From assembly GCA_041640595.1 (NCBI GenBank), contig JBEPZY010000001.1, positions 416,001 through 480,000 on the forward strand: 64,000 nucleotides of DNA, written 5' to 3'. The notes under the pieces were generated by a model. It had not been told where the DNA came from, did not search any database, and saw only the letters and a list, made by a program, of their open reading frames with translations. Below are positions 29,408 to 40,041 of this stretch, piece by piece. Within the stretch, counting starts at the first letter, position 1. Every line of letters starts with the position of its first letter. A program made the translations under genes and the position numbers. This stretch comes from Gemmatales bacterium. Lineage in GTDB: Bacteria; Planctomycetota; Planctomycetia; Gemmatales; HRBIN36.

Positions 29408-31171
29408 TCAGGTAGAACGGGCATCCTGACGCAACTGGCGACGAAGAACCTTACCCAGGAAGTTTTTGGGCAGCTGACGGACGACCTGAAACTTACGGGG
29501 ACGCTTGTGTTTGGCGAGATGCTCCTGGCAGAAGCTATCGAGTTGCTGCAGGTCGAGGCCATCGCGGGGAACGACATAGGCGACCACAATTTCACCTCGC
29601 ATGGGGTCGGGTTCACCGACTACCGCAGCTTCGGCAACGTGTGGGTATCTTAGCAGCACCTCCTCCACTTCCGCTGGATAGACCAGGAAGCCGCTGGTCT
29701 TGATGATATCCCGCTTGCGATCCACGATGGTGAAATAACCGTCGGCATCGCAGCGAGCGAGGTCGCCGGTGTAAAGCCAGCCGTTGCGGAGTGCCAGGGC
29801 GGTTTCGTCGGGATTCCGCCAGTAGCCGAGCATCACCTGCGGACCGCGAACCACTAATTCCCCTACCTCGCCGATAGGCATTTCTCGGTCACCGCTGATG
29901 GGATCAACAATGCGGGCATCTGTATCGGGAAGCGGAACCCCGATGGTGCCGGGGCGGATATGTTCCGGTAGCAGCGGATTAGCATGAGTAACAGGGCCGG
30001 CCTCAGTCAAGCCGTAGCCTTCGATGATCCCCTGGGCACCGTATTGGGCGAATTCGTCGCGTACTGCCGGGTCTAAAGCGGCGGCTCCGGAGATTACTGT
30101 ACGCAGGCAGCTCAGGTTGGGACGAGGTCGGTTGCTCGGCCAATTGCGGAGCACTCGATTGAGTGCTGCGAGCATGGCGGGCACGGCAGGGAAAATGGTC
30201 GGCCGCCAGCGTTCGATTATCTGCAACGTAGCGAACGTTTGAAACCTGGGGTGCAAATGGATCGTCGCTCGCATGGCCATACCGGCCAGTGCACAGACGG
30301 TCAGACCATAAGCGTGAAAGAAAGGTAACACGCCGAGGATACGTTCCTCGCCGTCGCGCGCCAGACTCCAGGCCCGCAGTTGCCAGGCATTGCAAAGCAG
30401 GTTGCGGTGTGAGAGCATGACGATTTTCGGTGAGCCGGTAGTGCCACCGGTGGGCGCCAGTACGGCGACTTCTTCAAGTGCAACGGACTGGCCAACACTA
30501 TTTCGGGGGGCGTATTCGAGTAGGTTGCTGAATGGCCGAACCGGACCACGAGAGACAAAGTGGAAATGTCCCTGCTTGCGCAACCGTTCGAAGCGATACA
30601 GCACGCTTTTCAGTATCGGCAGGCGCTCGGCAAGGGAAACTACAAAGACGTGCTCCAGGAGCTGATTTTGTAAAGCCGTAGCCAGGTTGGGCAGCAGAAG
30701 ATCGAGAGTGATGACGTGGCGGCAATCGGTCAGCCGCAATAAACGTTCAATCTCTTCCGGCACCAGCAAAGGACTGAGCTGGACAATCCGACCGCCGGTT
30801 GCCCATACCGCAAAAAGGGCCACCAGATATTCCGGTAAATTCGGCAGCAAAATACCGACTGCTGTGCCCTGTTTTACGCCGCAGTGTTCAAGTCCGTGAG
30901 CGGCCCGGCAAACCTGTTCGTAAACCTGGCGGTAGCTGACCCGCTGCTCGAAAAGGGTGCAGGCAAGGTGGTCTGGAAGCTGAATGGCTGCCTGGGCCAG
31001 CAGGCGTGGCAATGGTTGATCCGGGTAAGTCAGCGAAGCAGGAACGCCCGGAGGATAAAACCGTAACCAGGGCCGCGCAGCCTCAAGGCTTGCGTCAACA
31101 GTGCCGTTATTGAAACTAGCTGGCTGATGGGTCATGCAGACCGGCTCCACGGAGTTTGTGATACCACTCAA
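29408..31171 (-). CDS. Long-chain fatty acid-CoA ligase (AMP-binding)
   Basis: TGGTTGSPK, EGYGLTE, YTGDL, DRKRD and GKVLRR. Confidence 0.92.
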   Translation of the reverse strand: MSGITNSVEPVCMTHQPASFNNGTVDASLEAARPWLRFYPPGVPASLTYPDQPLPRLLAQAAIQLPDHLACTLFEQRVSYRQVYEQVCRAAHGLEHCGVKQGTAVGILLPNLPEYLVALFAVWATGGRIVQLSPLLVPEEIERLLRLTDCRHVITLDLLLPNLATALQNQLLEHVFVVSLAERLPILKSVLYRFERLRKQGHFHFVSRGPVRPFSNLLEYAPRNSVGQSVALEEVAVLAPTGGTTGSPKIVMLSHRNLLCNAWQLRAWSLARDGEERILGVLPFFHAYGLTVCALAGMAMRATIHLHPRFQTFATLQIIERWRPTIFPAVPAMLAALNRVLRNWPSNRPRPNLSCLRTVISGAAALDPAVRDEFAQYGAQGIIEGYGLTEAGPVTHANPLLPEHIRPGTIGVPLPDTDARIVDPISGDREMPIGEVGELVVRGPQVMLGYWRNPDETALALRNGWLYTGDLARCDADGYFTIVDRKRDIIKTSGFLVYPAEVEEVLLRYPHVAEAAVVGEPDPMRGEIVVAYVVPRDGLDLQQLDSFCQEHLAKHKRPRKFQVVRQLPKNFLGKVLRRQLRQDARST

Positions 31172-31205
31172 TTTTACGTGATTTCTGGTGAAGCCGGGCG
31201 ATTAT

Positions 31206-33278
31206 TCACTTCCCCGCGACAACATGGGGCGGAGTGCCGCGAGCGTAAATCTGATACGATCGGCCGGCGTGTTTGGCCTGACCAACAATGGCCAGGGGCA
31301 GGGGGCCGGTCGGCAGGTTATTCGGTAGCTTCAGGGTGATTTTCGCTTCCTTCTGGCCGCGAGGAATCTTGGCACTGGCAGGCGCGGCGAGAATTACAGG
31401 CTGATTCGGGGCTGGCGGTGGAGCGACCGCGAAAATTTGCACTTCGTCCTCAAATCCTGCTTGCCGATCTACCTGGACTATCGCCTCCAAACCGGTTTGG
31501 CCCCGCGGCAATTTCTCGGCACCGTACTTGACGTGAAGCAGAAACGGCGGGGGGTCAGTTATGCTTACTGCCAGCGAAGTCAACAGGTGCCTGGGAGGAA
31601 ATGGAGTGTTGCCGAACAGCGTACTGAGAGGTTCGCTCATGGTGACAGGCACGGTGATTTCGGCGGATTCCGTTTTGCCCTGGGCCAGCAATTCAAGTGA
31701 CCAGGCGTTTGGCTGGGAGTTGGCGGGTGCGCTCAGCAACAGCAGTCCGACGTTTTGCTCACCGGTCAGAATGGTTTCCCCCTGAACCTGCTGGGGAGAT
31801 ACCGCCTTGACCTGCACAGGACCAGCGTATCCAGAGCGCGAGACGCGCACAAAGCAAACTCCGACACCGCCAGCGGGAATGTCCACCCGGTCCTGCAACA
31901 CTTCCACGCGAAATGTCGGTTCGGCGGGTTTGATGACGATGCGGTAAGTTTCTTCCGGCCCGCCAGCATAATGCAAATGTTCCACCAGTAGAACCAACTC
32001 CGTATCAGCGCTTGCGGTGTACTCGATTCGTGGCGGATCCTGCATGGGATTGGAGTTGGCCAGCTGTTTCCCCTGCGTGTCCTGCAGAACCAGATATACG
32101 ACGGCAGGCGAACCGTACTCCCAACTTTGTGCTTCGATTTCGATACGCTGACCCTTTTTGGCAGCGAAGCGGTAATAGTCGCGGTCTCCAGCTTTTTCTA
32201 ACCGACCGTGGACTGCCGTGGGAAAGGGCAACCGAGCGGCTTTTTCTGGTGTATCGTTTGGCTCCTGTTCAAGCAACTCGTCCATGTCGGAGAACCCAAC
32301 CGGAACAGGCCAGCCAGGCGGCGAACCCGGACGTTGTGGTGTCACCAGCACCGCGATCGAGGAAAGTTGTTTCGGCACATCTGGCGAGGCAGGCAAAACG
32401 CCATCTGTCAACGGTCCGGCAAAACTCACTTTGGCCTGGCTGCCTCGCCTGATCACGAACGGATACGCCGAGGTTACACAGGGAAAATCGCCGACCCGCA
32501 GCCGATAGACGTAATTGCCACCGCCCTGGTAGCGGACATCTCGCAATTGCAGGATATATTCGCCGCTTTCCTTAGCGGTGTAGATGATTCGTGCATCACG
32601 ACCCAGCCCGGGAGCGTCGTCGCAATAGGCTAGCTGGCGACCGTTAGCATCATGCAAGACCAGCACCGGATCAATTGGCGAGCCCATTCGCCTGCCCACT
32701 ACTTCGAAACAAATGCGCTGTCCCGCTTGCAGCGCCAGCTGGTAGTAATGGCTGCTCTCGGCCTCCAATCGTCCGGAAACCACACACGGAACGGGAATTT
32801 TCTGAGCCTGGGCAGGAGTGCGATGGTCGGTTGCCGCGCGAATTTCCGGCAACTCATCCACGCAAAACGGTACGGGATTCGACATCCCTCGTCGTGTGGT
32901 CAGACGAAACAGGTGCACTCCGAGTGGCACTTCTTTGGGAATTTGCAAGCGTACCAGCGCCCGATTCGCGGGTTCCTTTTTGTCCGGAACGATGGTCGCC
33001 TGCACGGGAACCGTAGCGAGTAGCCCAAGTGCGTCGGCGAGTTCTCGCCCCTGCACTTCTACCTCGACGGTGGTGCCCCGTTGACCTCCGGGTGGGAACA
33101 GGTTTGCCACCGCTGGTGCTTGCGGCGATGGGCCAGGCAATGTTCCCGGCTTTTGCTGAGCAAGCGCGACCAGGCTTGCCAGCAGGACGACCGCTGACAG
33201 AACGGCAATTGCCCTTGGAGATAAACCAGACCACCAGAGCGTTGCAAAGCGCCTCAGCCCTGCAAGTAAACGAAGCAT
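31206..33278 (-). CDS. Planctomycete PPC-domain (pre-peptidase C-terminal) exported protein
   Basis: FPPGGQRGTTVEV, SPIDPVL, YRLRVGDFP and EQEPNDTP; start uncertain. Confidence 0.82.
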   Translation of the reverse strand: MLRLLAGLRRFATLWWSGLSPRAIAVLSAVVLLASLVALAQQKPGTLPGPSPQAPAVANLFPPGGQRGTTVEVEVQGRELADALGLLATVPVQATIVPDKKEPANRALVRLQIPKEVPLGVHLFRLTTRRGMSNPVPFCVDELPEIRAATDHRTPAQAQKIPVPCVVSGRLEAESSHYYQLALQAGQRICFEVVGRRMGSPIDPVLVLHDANGRQLAYCDDAPGLGRDARIIYTAKESGEYILQLRDVRYQGGGNYVYRLRVGDFPCVTSAYPFVIRRGSQAKVSFAGPLTDGVLPASPDVPKQLSSIAVLVTPQRPGSPPGWPVPVGFSDMDELLEQEPNDTPEKAARLPFPTAVHGRLEKAGDRDYYRFAAKKGQRIEIEAQSWEYGSPAVVYLVLQDTQGKQLANSNPMQDPPRIEYTASADTELVLLVEHLHYAGGPEETYRIVIKPAEPTFRVEVLQDRVDIPAGGVGVCFVRVSRSGYAGPVQVKAVSPQQVQGETILTGEQNVGLLLLSAPANSQPNAWSLELLAQGKTESAEITVPVTMSEPLSTLFGNTPFPPRHLLTSLAVSITDPPPFLLHVKYGAEKLPRGQTGLEAIVQVDRQAGFEDEVQIFAVAPPPAPNQPVILAAPASAKIPRGQKEAKITLKLPNNLPTGPLPLAIVGQAKHAGRSYQIYARGTPPHVVAGK

Positions 33279-33715
33279 AAACAGACTCAGGCAGCGCGAA
33301 TGGCACGAAATGATCCGCGACTTGTCGGAATTTGCCAATCCCTGTTTGGTCTTGCACATGGTTAGCATGACGGCAACCCTTACTGAGGCAGGGCGGAAAT
33401 TCGGCGAGCTAGTCAGGATTCATCACTTGGTGGGAAATTCGCTACTACCTCTGGAGCTTCTTAGGTATGGAGACCAAAAGCGGCAAGGTGAAAACGAAAA
33501 CCTTGGAAAGGTCGCTGCTTCGTTTTTATCGTGGCGAGGTTCGCAATGTCAGGCGTAGCACCAGGGCAAATGGTGTCATGAGGAGTGTGAAGTACCTCGT
33601 GTGGATACTTGTCGCCGAGCCTGCAGGTTCATATTTTGCCGCTTAGAAACTGACCCGCCGCTGGATGACGCTGCCGGTAACGGCAGAGCTTCCCACCAAA
33701 AGAAGGAGTGTTGCG

Positions 33716-35179
33716 ATGACGCGTGTCCGACTGTGTGTGGTATGTGGTATCCTGGCGACCCTGCTGGCAGCGTGGCTATTGCTACGTCTGACCAGCGCCA
33801 CTCAGGCTCAGACTAAATCTGCCGGTAAACAGGTGAGTTTCCTGAACGACGTGGCCCCGATTTTGAAGGAAAATTGTTTCGCCTGCCATGATCCGAAAGT
33901 CCGCAAAGGTCGGCTGGACATGACGACTTTCGAAGGCCTGCTGGCAGGCGGTGACCGAGGCCCATCCGTTGTCGCTGGCAAACCCGAGGAAAGTCCACTG
34001 TATTTGCTCATCAGCGGCCAGAAAGAGCCGCACATGCCGCCCAGAGAAACTGGTGGCAGTCTGACGAAAGACCAGATCACCACCATCGAGCTCTGGATTC
34101 GACAGGGAGCCAAGTTCGATGGTCCATCGCCGAAAGCCAATTTGCTGGTCGAACTCCGCAAGCGCTGGAATCCACCAGTGCCGCCAACTCAATACCGCTT
34201 CCCGGCAGTTATCCGCGCTATGACGTTCACGCCCGATGGCAAGCAGTTGGTAGTCGGTGGCTATTTCGAACTGCTCGTCTGGGATGTGGAAAACGGGCAA
34301 CTGGTCAAGCGCATTCGCACGCGTGCCGAACGTGCTAACGCTATGGCGTTCTTGTCCGACGGTAAAACCCTTGCCGTTGCCGGAGGTCGGCCAGGCCAGG
34401 AAGGCGATGTTCGGATTTATAACTTCGCTGCCAGCCCGACGCGGCAGGACGCTGGGATTGCTTATTTGGATGGCGTTGATCCGAAAGCTGGGGTACTGCT
34501 GCGGGAGTTGGTGCAAACCGACGATGAAGTCCTCGCCTTGGCGGTGAGTAAAGACGGGAAACGTCTTGCCGCTGGTGGGTGTGACCGTTTGATCCGCGTC
34601 TGGGAAACTGAAAAGTGGTCACTCGAGCAGACCATCGAAAACCACGCCGATTGGGTGCTCGATTTATGCTTCTCCCCTGACGGCAAATATTTGCTATCCG
34701 CTAGCCGCGATAAGACCGCTAAAGTCTGGGATCTGTCAGCCAAGGAACCGGTCGCCACGTTCCCGGGCCATCAGGAGTACGTCACTGGCGTAACTGTGCA
34801 TCCGAATGGCAAAATGGGCATCAGTTGCGGTCGGGACAGGCAAATCCGGATGTGGAATCTGGCCAGCGACGCCAAGCAAATTCGCACCGCCGGGGGACAC
34901 AGCGACTTTGTCGAGAAGGTACGTTTTCATCCGACAAAACCCCTGATCGTTTCGTGCTCGCTGGACAAGACAGTGCGGTTGTGGAATCCGGATAACGGGG
35001 CGCAAATCCGCTCTCTCGAGGGTCATACCGACGCTGTTTTCGCCATTGCCATTAGCCCTGACGGCAACCGTATCGCCAGCGGTGCCTGGAACGGTGAGGT
35101 ACGCATCTGGAACGTGGATGACGGCAAGCTCGTCAAAAGCTTCATCGCCTCACCCATCGTGGCCACCGCTGGCAAATAG
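33716..35179 (+). CDS. Planctomycete cytochrome-c domain + WD40 repeat protein
   Basis: VSF..DVAPILKENCFACH..MPP..WI.QGA, then multiple GH..WD-like repeats; AAGGAG RBS. Confidence 0.9.
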   Translation: MTRVRLCVVCGILATLLAAWLLLRLTSATQAQTKSAGKQVSFLNDVAPILKENCFACHDPKVRKGRLDMTTFEGLLAGGDRGPSVVAGKPEESPLYLLISGQKEPHMPPRETGGSLTKDQITTIELWIRQGAKFDGPSPKANLLVELRKRWNPPVPPTQYRFPAVIRAMTFTPDGKQLVVGGYFELLVWDVENGQLVKRIRTRAERANAMAFLSDGKTLAVAGGRPGQEGDVRIYNFAASPTRQDAGIAYLDGVDPKAGVLLRELVQTDDEVLALAVSKDGKRLAAGGCDRLIRVWETEKWSLEQTIENHADWVLDLCFSPDGKYLLSASRDKTAKVWDLSAKEPVATFPGHQEYVTGVTVHPNGKMGISCGRDRQIRMWNLASDAKQIRTAGGHSDFVEKVRFHPTKPLIVSCSLDKTVRLWNPDNGAQIRSLEGHTDAVFAIAISPDGNRIASGAWNGEVRIWNVDDGKLVKSFIASPIVATAGK

Positions 35180-35182
35180 CCT

Positions 35183-35566
35183 TTATTCGAGGCGGATTAC
35201 CAGCATGTTGGTTTGCTGCGGCAGGATTTGGCACTCTAGTCCAGAGCGGTCTGGATCGCAATACTTATCCGGCCAGCCGCGAGCGTCCGGACAAATTACG
35301 CTGATACGGTACCATCCCGGCGGAATTCCCTCGCGGCCTTCCCACTCGACAGAAAAGCGACCGTCGGGCTGAAGTTTCGCCACAGCCAGAACGTGCTGAC
35401 TATGCCGCTGTGGATCGCTGACGAAAGCCACCACCCCTGTTTGTAGCGGTTGACCGCGGTAGAGAACGGTACCGTGCACGGGAACCGTCTCGGCAGGGCG
35501 TGCACAGCCGCCTGTCGCTAGCAATACCGCCACTGCCAGACATTCCAACCAATTCCAGCGACGCAT
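35183..35566 (-). CDS. Small lipoprotein (carboxypeptidase-regulatory-like fold)
   Basis: Lipobox-like TGGC, VHGTVLYRGQPL, DGRF, PPGWYRI and PDKY..SGL. Confidence 0.82.
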   Translation of the reverse strand: MRRWNWLECLAVAVLLATGGCARPAETVPVHGTVLYRGQPLQTGVVAFVSDPQRHSQHVLAVAKLQPDGRFSVEWEGREGIPPGWYRISVICPDARGWPDKYCDPDRSGLECQILPQQTNMLVIRLE

Positions 35567-35774
35567 GTTGGGGTAGCGAAATATCCAGGAATAGACAGCA
35601 AACCGCCAATTTGTTTCCGTGCTAAATGGCGCAGGCAGTTGCTGGGCGATTCGTTCTACGCAGACCGATTCGCCGATGGTCGCGCATCGGTGACTATCGG
35701 CACGACATGCTTCCGCAATTGAATTGGCTAAGTGGCGTCGAGGCTGGTTCCGTCGCAGCGAAGTTACTGAACTC

Positions 35775-35801
35775 GCATTTACGGCAGGGTTCGTGCCGAT
35801 A
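35775..35801 (+). promoter_or_regulatory. Candidate sigma28-type promoter upstream of the ArnT-like gene
   Basis: GCATTT-N13-TGCCGATA, same spacing as upstream of fliA. Confidence 0.35.
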
Positions 35802-35840
35802 TAATCGCTGGCTCATTTATCCGCTGCAAAAAGGGCGGTT

Positions 35841-37817
35841 ATGGCCGGCTCGGTGATGGAATGCGGAACTGATTGGCGACCCTCATCCACGATCCCGCGA
35901 TCTCGATCGGGGACGCGCCATCGTTTTGCGAATGTCGCCACGGTAGTGGAACTGGCTTGCATCACGGTGTTAGCCGTATCTGGTTATCTGCTGGGAGCAG
36001 GGCAATACGATTTGTTGACCGACGACGAAATTCGCTACGCGGAAGCAGGTCGGCAGATGCTGCGCACCGGAGATTGGATAGTGCCTGTTTACAATGGCGA
36101 GCCACGTTACCAGAAACCGCTGCTGGTGTACTGGCTGCAGGCCATTAGTCAGGGGTTGTTTGGCAACCATGCCCTGGCCGCTCGGATACCTTCTGCGCTG
36201 GCAGCAGTGATAACGCTGCTGAGCACCTGGAGCATTGCCCGAACTGTCTGGGATGCCAGCACGGCACGGTGGACGGTGCTCGTGCTTGGTACCATGGTGG
36301 AGTTTGTATTGCTGGCGCGGATGGTGTTGATTGACATGCTGCTGGTGGCTTGCCTGCAGGCAAGCGTGGCGGCGATGCTATCGGCCTGGCACGCCAAATC
36401 CGTTCTGGCTCGCTCTTTTCGCTATCAGTGGGCTGGTCTGGCACTGGGATTGGCCGTTTGTGCCAAAGGGCCGCTCGCGGTGCTGTTGTTTGTCCTGTTT
36501 GCCCTGCCGCTAGTTATGGTCATGCGCGGGATGCGACGGCGAGGCGGCGATTCGTGTGGTGAGCCGCGTCAAAGTGCACGACTGGACGAACGCTCGCTTT
36601 TGTCAGGAAAGTGTGTGGTGAATTCTCCGATGGTGTCCGCGATAAGCGGGGATAATCCCGCCCGGTTCCCTCACCACGGCTGCTTCTGGGATCGGCGCGA
36701 GTTGCTGTTGTTGCTCCCGGCTGGACTGATTGCGTTGCTGGTGGGTCTGGGGAGTTACCTTCTTCCGCACTGGCGTACCGGTGGCGAATTCACCTGGCAG
36801 TTCCTCTTCGCTGAGAACTGGCAGCGTTTCACCAGCGTCATCAATGAACATCCGCAGCCGATCTGGTTTTACCTGGCCCTGGTGGTGCCGTTGTCGTTTC
36901 CCTGGACGGGTGCCATTCCTTTTGCACTGTGCCATGCCTGGCAGGGCGAGCGACATAACAGCTGCGAAGCGACCGGCGATGGGGCCGCCAAGTGCGGCTT
37001 AGGTGCAGCATGGAGTCGGGCTGCGCTGATACACATCGGACTGGTCTTCGCTTTTTTCACGTTCAGCCGGACGAAAGTGTGGACATATACGTTTCCGGCC
37101 ATGCCATCGCTGGCATTACTGATCGCCCGCTGGCTGGTTTGCCAGCTGCGTGTTCAGCCGCAACAATTACGCCGTTATTTGAACCTGGCATTGGGAGTCG
37201 GGGTGCTGGTATGTGCAAGTGCAGCCATCGTCGTTACTGCCTGGCCGGACAGACGATTACCGGAAGAGGTTCAGGACGAGGCTTTCCTGTTTGCCGTGCG
37301 CAGCTGGGCATGGTTCCTGGTGGGGATACTTTCGCTGTGCTGGTGGCTGAGTCGTGTTGCGTGTTCGGTACGGCTAGCGCTGGCCACTCTGGTGCTGGGA
37401 ACCGTTGCGTGGTACTCGGTCGCAGTCTATTACGTTCTTCCCACCGCGGACCGCATGTGGAACGAGCCGGTTCGTCTCGTGGCAGGATTGTGGCAACATT
37501 GTCCGGAGGCGGAGGTTTTCACGTACCATGTGCACGAATTGGGGCTGAATTTCCATGCTCGACGCGATCTGGTGCATCACTGGCGCAATGAAGCCCTGCC
37601 GGACCTGTACGAACGACTTCGCCATCCGCGACCAGCGATCGTTCTGGTAGATACCAAACTACTGCATCACCTGCGTGGTTTGCCAACGCACGTTTGGGAT
37701 AGAAACAGGCGTTTTGTGGTACTGGCAAACTTTGAAAGGCCCTCATTTCCGCAAATTCAAGCAGACCAGTTCGCGGTCATTGCGCACGAAGAGCCGACCG
37801 TTCGACACAGCCGGTAA
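35841..37817 (+). CDS. ArnT/GT83-family glycosyltransferase
   Basis: DEIRYAE..M..GDW..KPLLVYW, ARIPSA, KGP, HPQPIWFY and K..Y.FP. Confidence 0.88.
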   Translation: MAGSVMECGTDWRPSSTIPRSRSGTRHRFANVATVVELACITVLAVSGYLLGAGQYDLLTDDEIRYAEAGRQMLRTGDWIVPVYNGEPRYQKPLLVYWLQAISQGLFGNHALAARIPSALAAVITLLSTWSIARTVWDASTARWTVLVLGTMVEFVLLARMVLIDMLLVACLQASVAAMLSAWHAKSVLARSFRYQWAGLALGLAVCAKGPLAVLLFVLFALPLVMVMRGMRRRGGDSCGEPRQSARLDERSLLSGKCVVNSPMVSAISGDNPARFPHHGCFWDRRELLLLLPAGLIALLVGLGSYLLPHWRTGGEFTWQFLFAENWQRFTSVINEHPQPIWFYLALVVPLSFPWTGAIPFALCHAWQGERHNSCEATGDGAAKCGLGAAWSRAALIHIGLVFAFFTFSRTKVWTYTFPAMPSLALLIARWLVCQLRVQPQQLRRYLNLALGVGVLVCASAAIVVTAWPDRRLPEEVQDEAFLFAVRSWAWFLVGILSLCWWLSRVACSVRLALATLVLGTVAWYSVAVYYVLPTADRMWNEPVRLVAGLWQHCPEAEVFTYHVHELGLNFHARRDLVHHWRNEALPDLYERLRHPRPAIVLVDTKLLHHLRGLPTHVWDRNRRFVVLANFERPSFPQIQADQFAVIAHEEPTVRHSR

Positions 37818-39320
37818 CGCCCAGGTACTATGCGAGTCGGGAAAGACACGGAATCGGCCACGAATGGCAAACCCGGTTTCGCCCGGCTCGACCAGCACCA
37901 GTTCTCCCTTTTCGGTGAACACAATCAGCCGACCATCAGTGTAGAGCAGGCAGCCTTTGTCTATTTCACGCCTGGTTTCCCAGATCAATTCGCCGGTGCG
38001 GAAATTGAGACAGGTAAGTCGCGCTGGTGAATATCCGTTGAAGCCATACAGTCGGTCGCCGACCAGCACCGAGGTGGCGATGTGATTCTGAAATTTCCTG
38101 GTCTGATAGACGGCATCTGCCTGCCATTTACCGTCGTTTCCCCGGCTAATTTCCAGAAGCACACTCCCGCGACCGTAGTCGGTGCTGACGAACACATAGT
38201 TACCGGCCACAATGGGCGTGGCGATATTGCAGTCGTAATCAGTTGTCCAGGGGTAACTCCAGAGTAACTCACCAGTTGTCAGTTCCAGGCCTGCGATCCG
38301 AGCAGCGGTCAGGACGACTACCTGGCGAATTTGCGGTGCGACAGGCATGTTAGCCAGCACCGGCGAACTGTAGGCGGGTTTGTCTTTCAGGGCTTTCCAC
38401 TTGAGTTCGCCAGTAATTCGGTCGAAAGCAAGGACGCAACCTTCGGCGTTACCGACGATGACGATCACCAGATTATCCACGACCAGTGGCGATCCGCTCA
38501 GTCCCCACCACGTCGAGGGCAGTTGCGGTGGAAATTCCTGGAACAAGTGTTTATGCCAGACCACCGGCAAGGCACCGTTTTTCGGTTCCGCTTCGCAACA
38601 AACCAGATCGCCATCCGCACCGAGAGCATAGATGTGCCGACCAGCGATTGCCGGGGTTCCCCGCGGCCCGTAGTCGCCGCCCCAGCGCGTGTCAATGTCG
38701 CGGTAGGCCACGGGCCAGCGATATTCGCCGAGCATTTTGCCGTCGGTCACATCGAAGCAGACGAGGCGTTCGTCCGGTTTGCGGTAGTCCATGACAAATA
38801 CCCGACCGCTGGCAACGACCGGCGAGGAGTAACCGCCACCGACGGGGGTACGCCAGAGGACAGGCAGACCGGTTTCCGGCCATTGGTCGAGTAAGCCGGT
38901 CTCACGCACAATACCATCGCGATGCGGGCCACGCCAGCCGGGCCAATCCAGACTTACGGGATTTCCTTCCACCGCGCTATCGGCTGGCCGGTGTGTCGCC
39001 TGGTCTGGTTGCGGTAGCGGCTGCTGGAGCAGGCGTTCGATGCGTTGTACATCGCGCTTTTCCGGTTGGCCAGGATTTTGGCCTATCTGGAAAAGCTCCT
39101 GCCAGCCTTCGGGATGAAGAACGATCAAGATGATAGCGAAGATTACCAGCGTATCCCCTAACCCCATCAGGACGACCCAACGCCAGCGCCTGGCCCGCAA
39201 CTGATGTGCTTCGGATTCGGGAACGTCGAGCCTCATGCTTTCCAACATGCGCATCAGACCCCAGACACTCAGCGACAATCCAACTACAATCAGCAGCACC
39301 TGTGTCCATAACATGGTCAT
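37743..39320 (-). CDS. Membrane-anchored PQQ-like/BamB beta-propeller protein
   Basis: Two N-terminal TM helices, DWPGWRGP.RDG, GGYSSPVV and repeated W-turn blades. Confidence 0.88.
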   Translation of the reverse strand: MTMLWTQVLLIVVGLSLSVWGLMRMLESMRLDVPESEAHQLRARRWRWVVLMGLGDTLVIFAIILIVLHPEGWQELFQIGQNPGQPEKRDVQRIERLLQQPLPQPDQATHRPADSAVEGNPVSLDWPGWRGPHRDGIVRETGLLDQWPETGLPVLWRTPVGGGYSSPVVASGRVFVMDYRKPDERLVCFDVTDGKMLGEYRWPVAYRDIDTRWGGDYGPRGTPAIAGRHIYALGADGDLVCCEAEPKNGALPVVWHKHLFQEFPPQLPSTWWGLSGSPLVVDNLVIVIVGNAEGCVLAFDRITGELKWKALKDKPAYSSPVLANMPVAPQIRQVVVLTAARIAGLELTTGELLWSYPWTTDYDCNIATPIVAGNYVFVSTDYGRGSVLLEISRGNDGKWQADAVYQTRKFQNHIATSVLVGDRLYGFNGYSPARLTCLNFRTGELIWETRREIDKGCLLYTDGRLIVFTEKGELVLVEPGETGFAIRGRFRVFPDSHSTWALPAVSNGRLFVRNDRELVCLNLRK

Positions 39321-39542
39321 GGATGAGTCCCGGAGTTTTCCGCTTTGTTACAGGGTCAGTCGGTATTCCAGAGCAAGTTCAGTCCACGCACTTGTCGGCG
39401 CGAATAATCGGCGTGTTCGAGCCGGTGAGTTAGTCGGAGAATTTGGTTCACGGTAACCAGGTCGGGGTGGCGGAAGACCGCATCGCGTATTGTGGGCCTA
39501 CCCCTGCCGGTTGCTCGGCGTCGGACCGTATTCGGTTACGAT

Positions 39543-39628
39543 TGGCGCCGGGGGGACTCGAACCCCCACCCGCCTTGCGGCGGAGCGGATTTTAAGTCCG
39601 CTGTGTCTGCCACTTCCACCACGGCGCC
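39543..39628 (-). tRNA. tRNA-Leu (anticodon TAA)
   Basis: GGCGCCG acceptor, GCGGA-CTTAAAA-TCCGC anticodon arm, long variable arm, GGTTCGAGTCC. Confidence 0.96.
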
Positions 39629-40041
39629 TCTGTGGACGCCAGTAATTGTACGGCGCCGGTGAGCTTGGCGAATAATCGGGAGAAACTTCCGCTGATGCCC
39701 TCCTGACCTCGCACGCAGCCAACACAGCGACGTTGCTGGCGAACAATCGGGACGAAATTCCTCTGATCCCGCAACCAATTGGGAGGCCTTAACGTGATAG
39801 CCCGTCGAACTGCAGAGCGGCACAACCGGGAATCAGTGCTGAGATCACGAGAAACACAGCAAGATGATCGGCGGTGCGGCGCTTGCCCAGCGGCATGGAA
39901 TGTCAAAATGCACCGTACCATTACGCTGGGCTCACTCCCAGGGTTTCACTTGGCGGACGGGCCGGACAGTTCGCTGTCAGAATGCGTTGTAATACCCGGT
40001 TAGGGAGCTCGCGTGTTGCGTCTGTTTACCCACCGCCCGAC

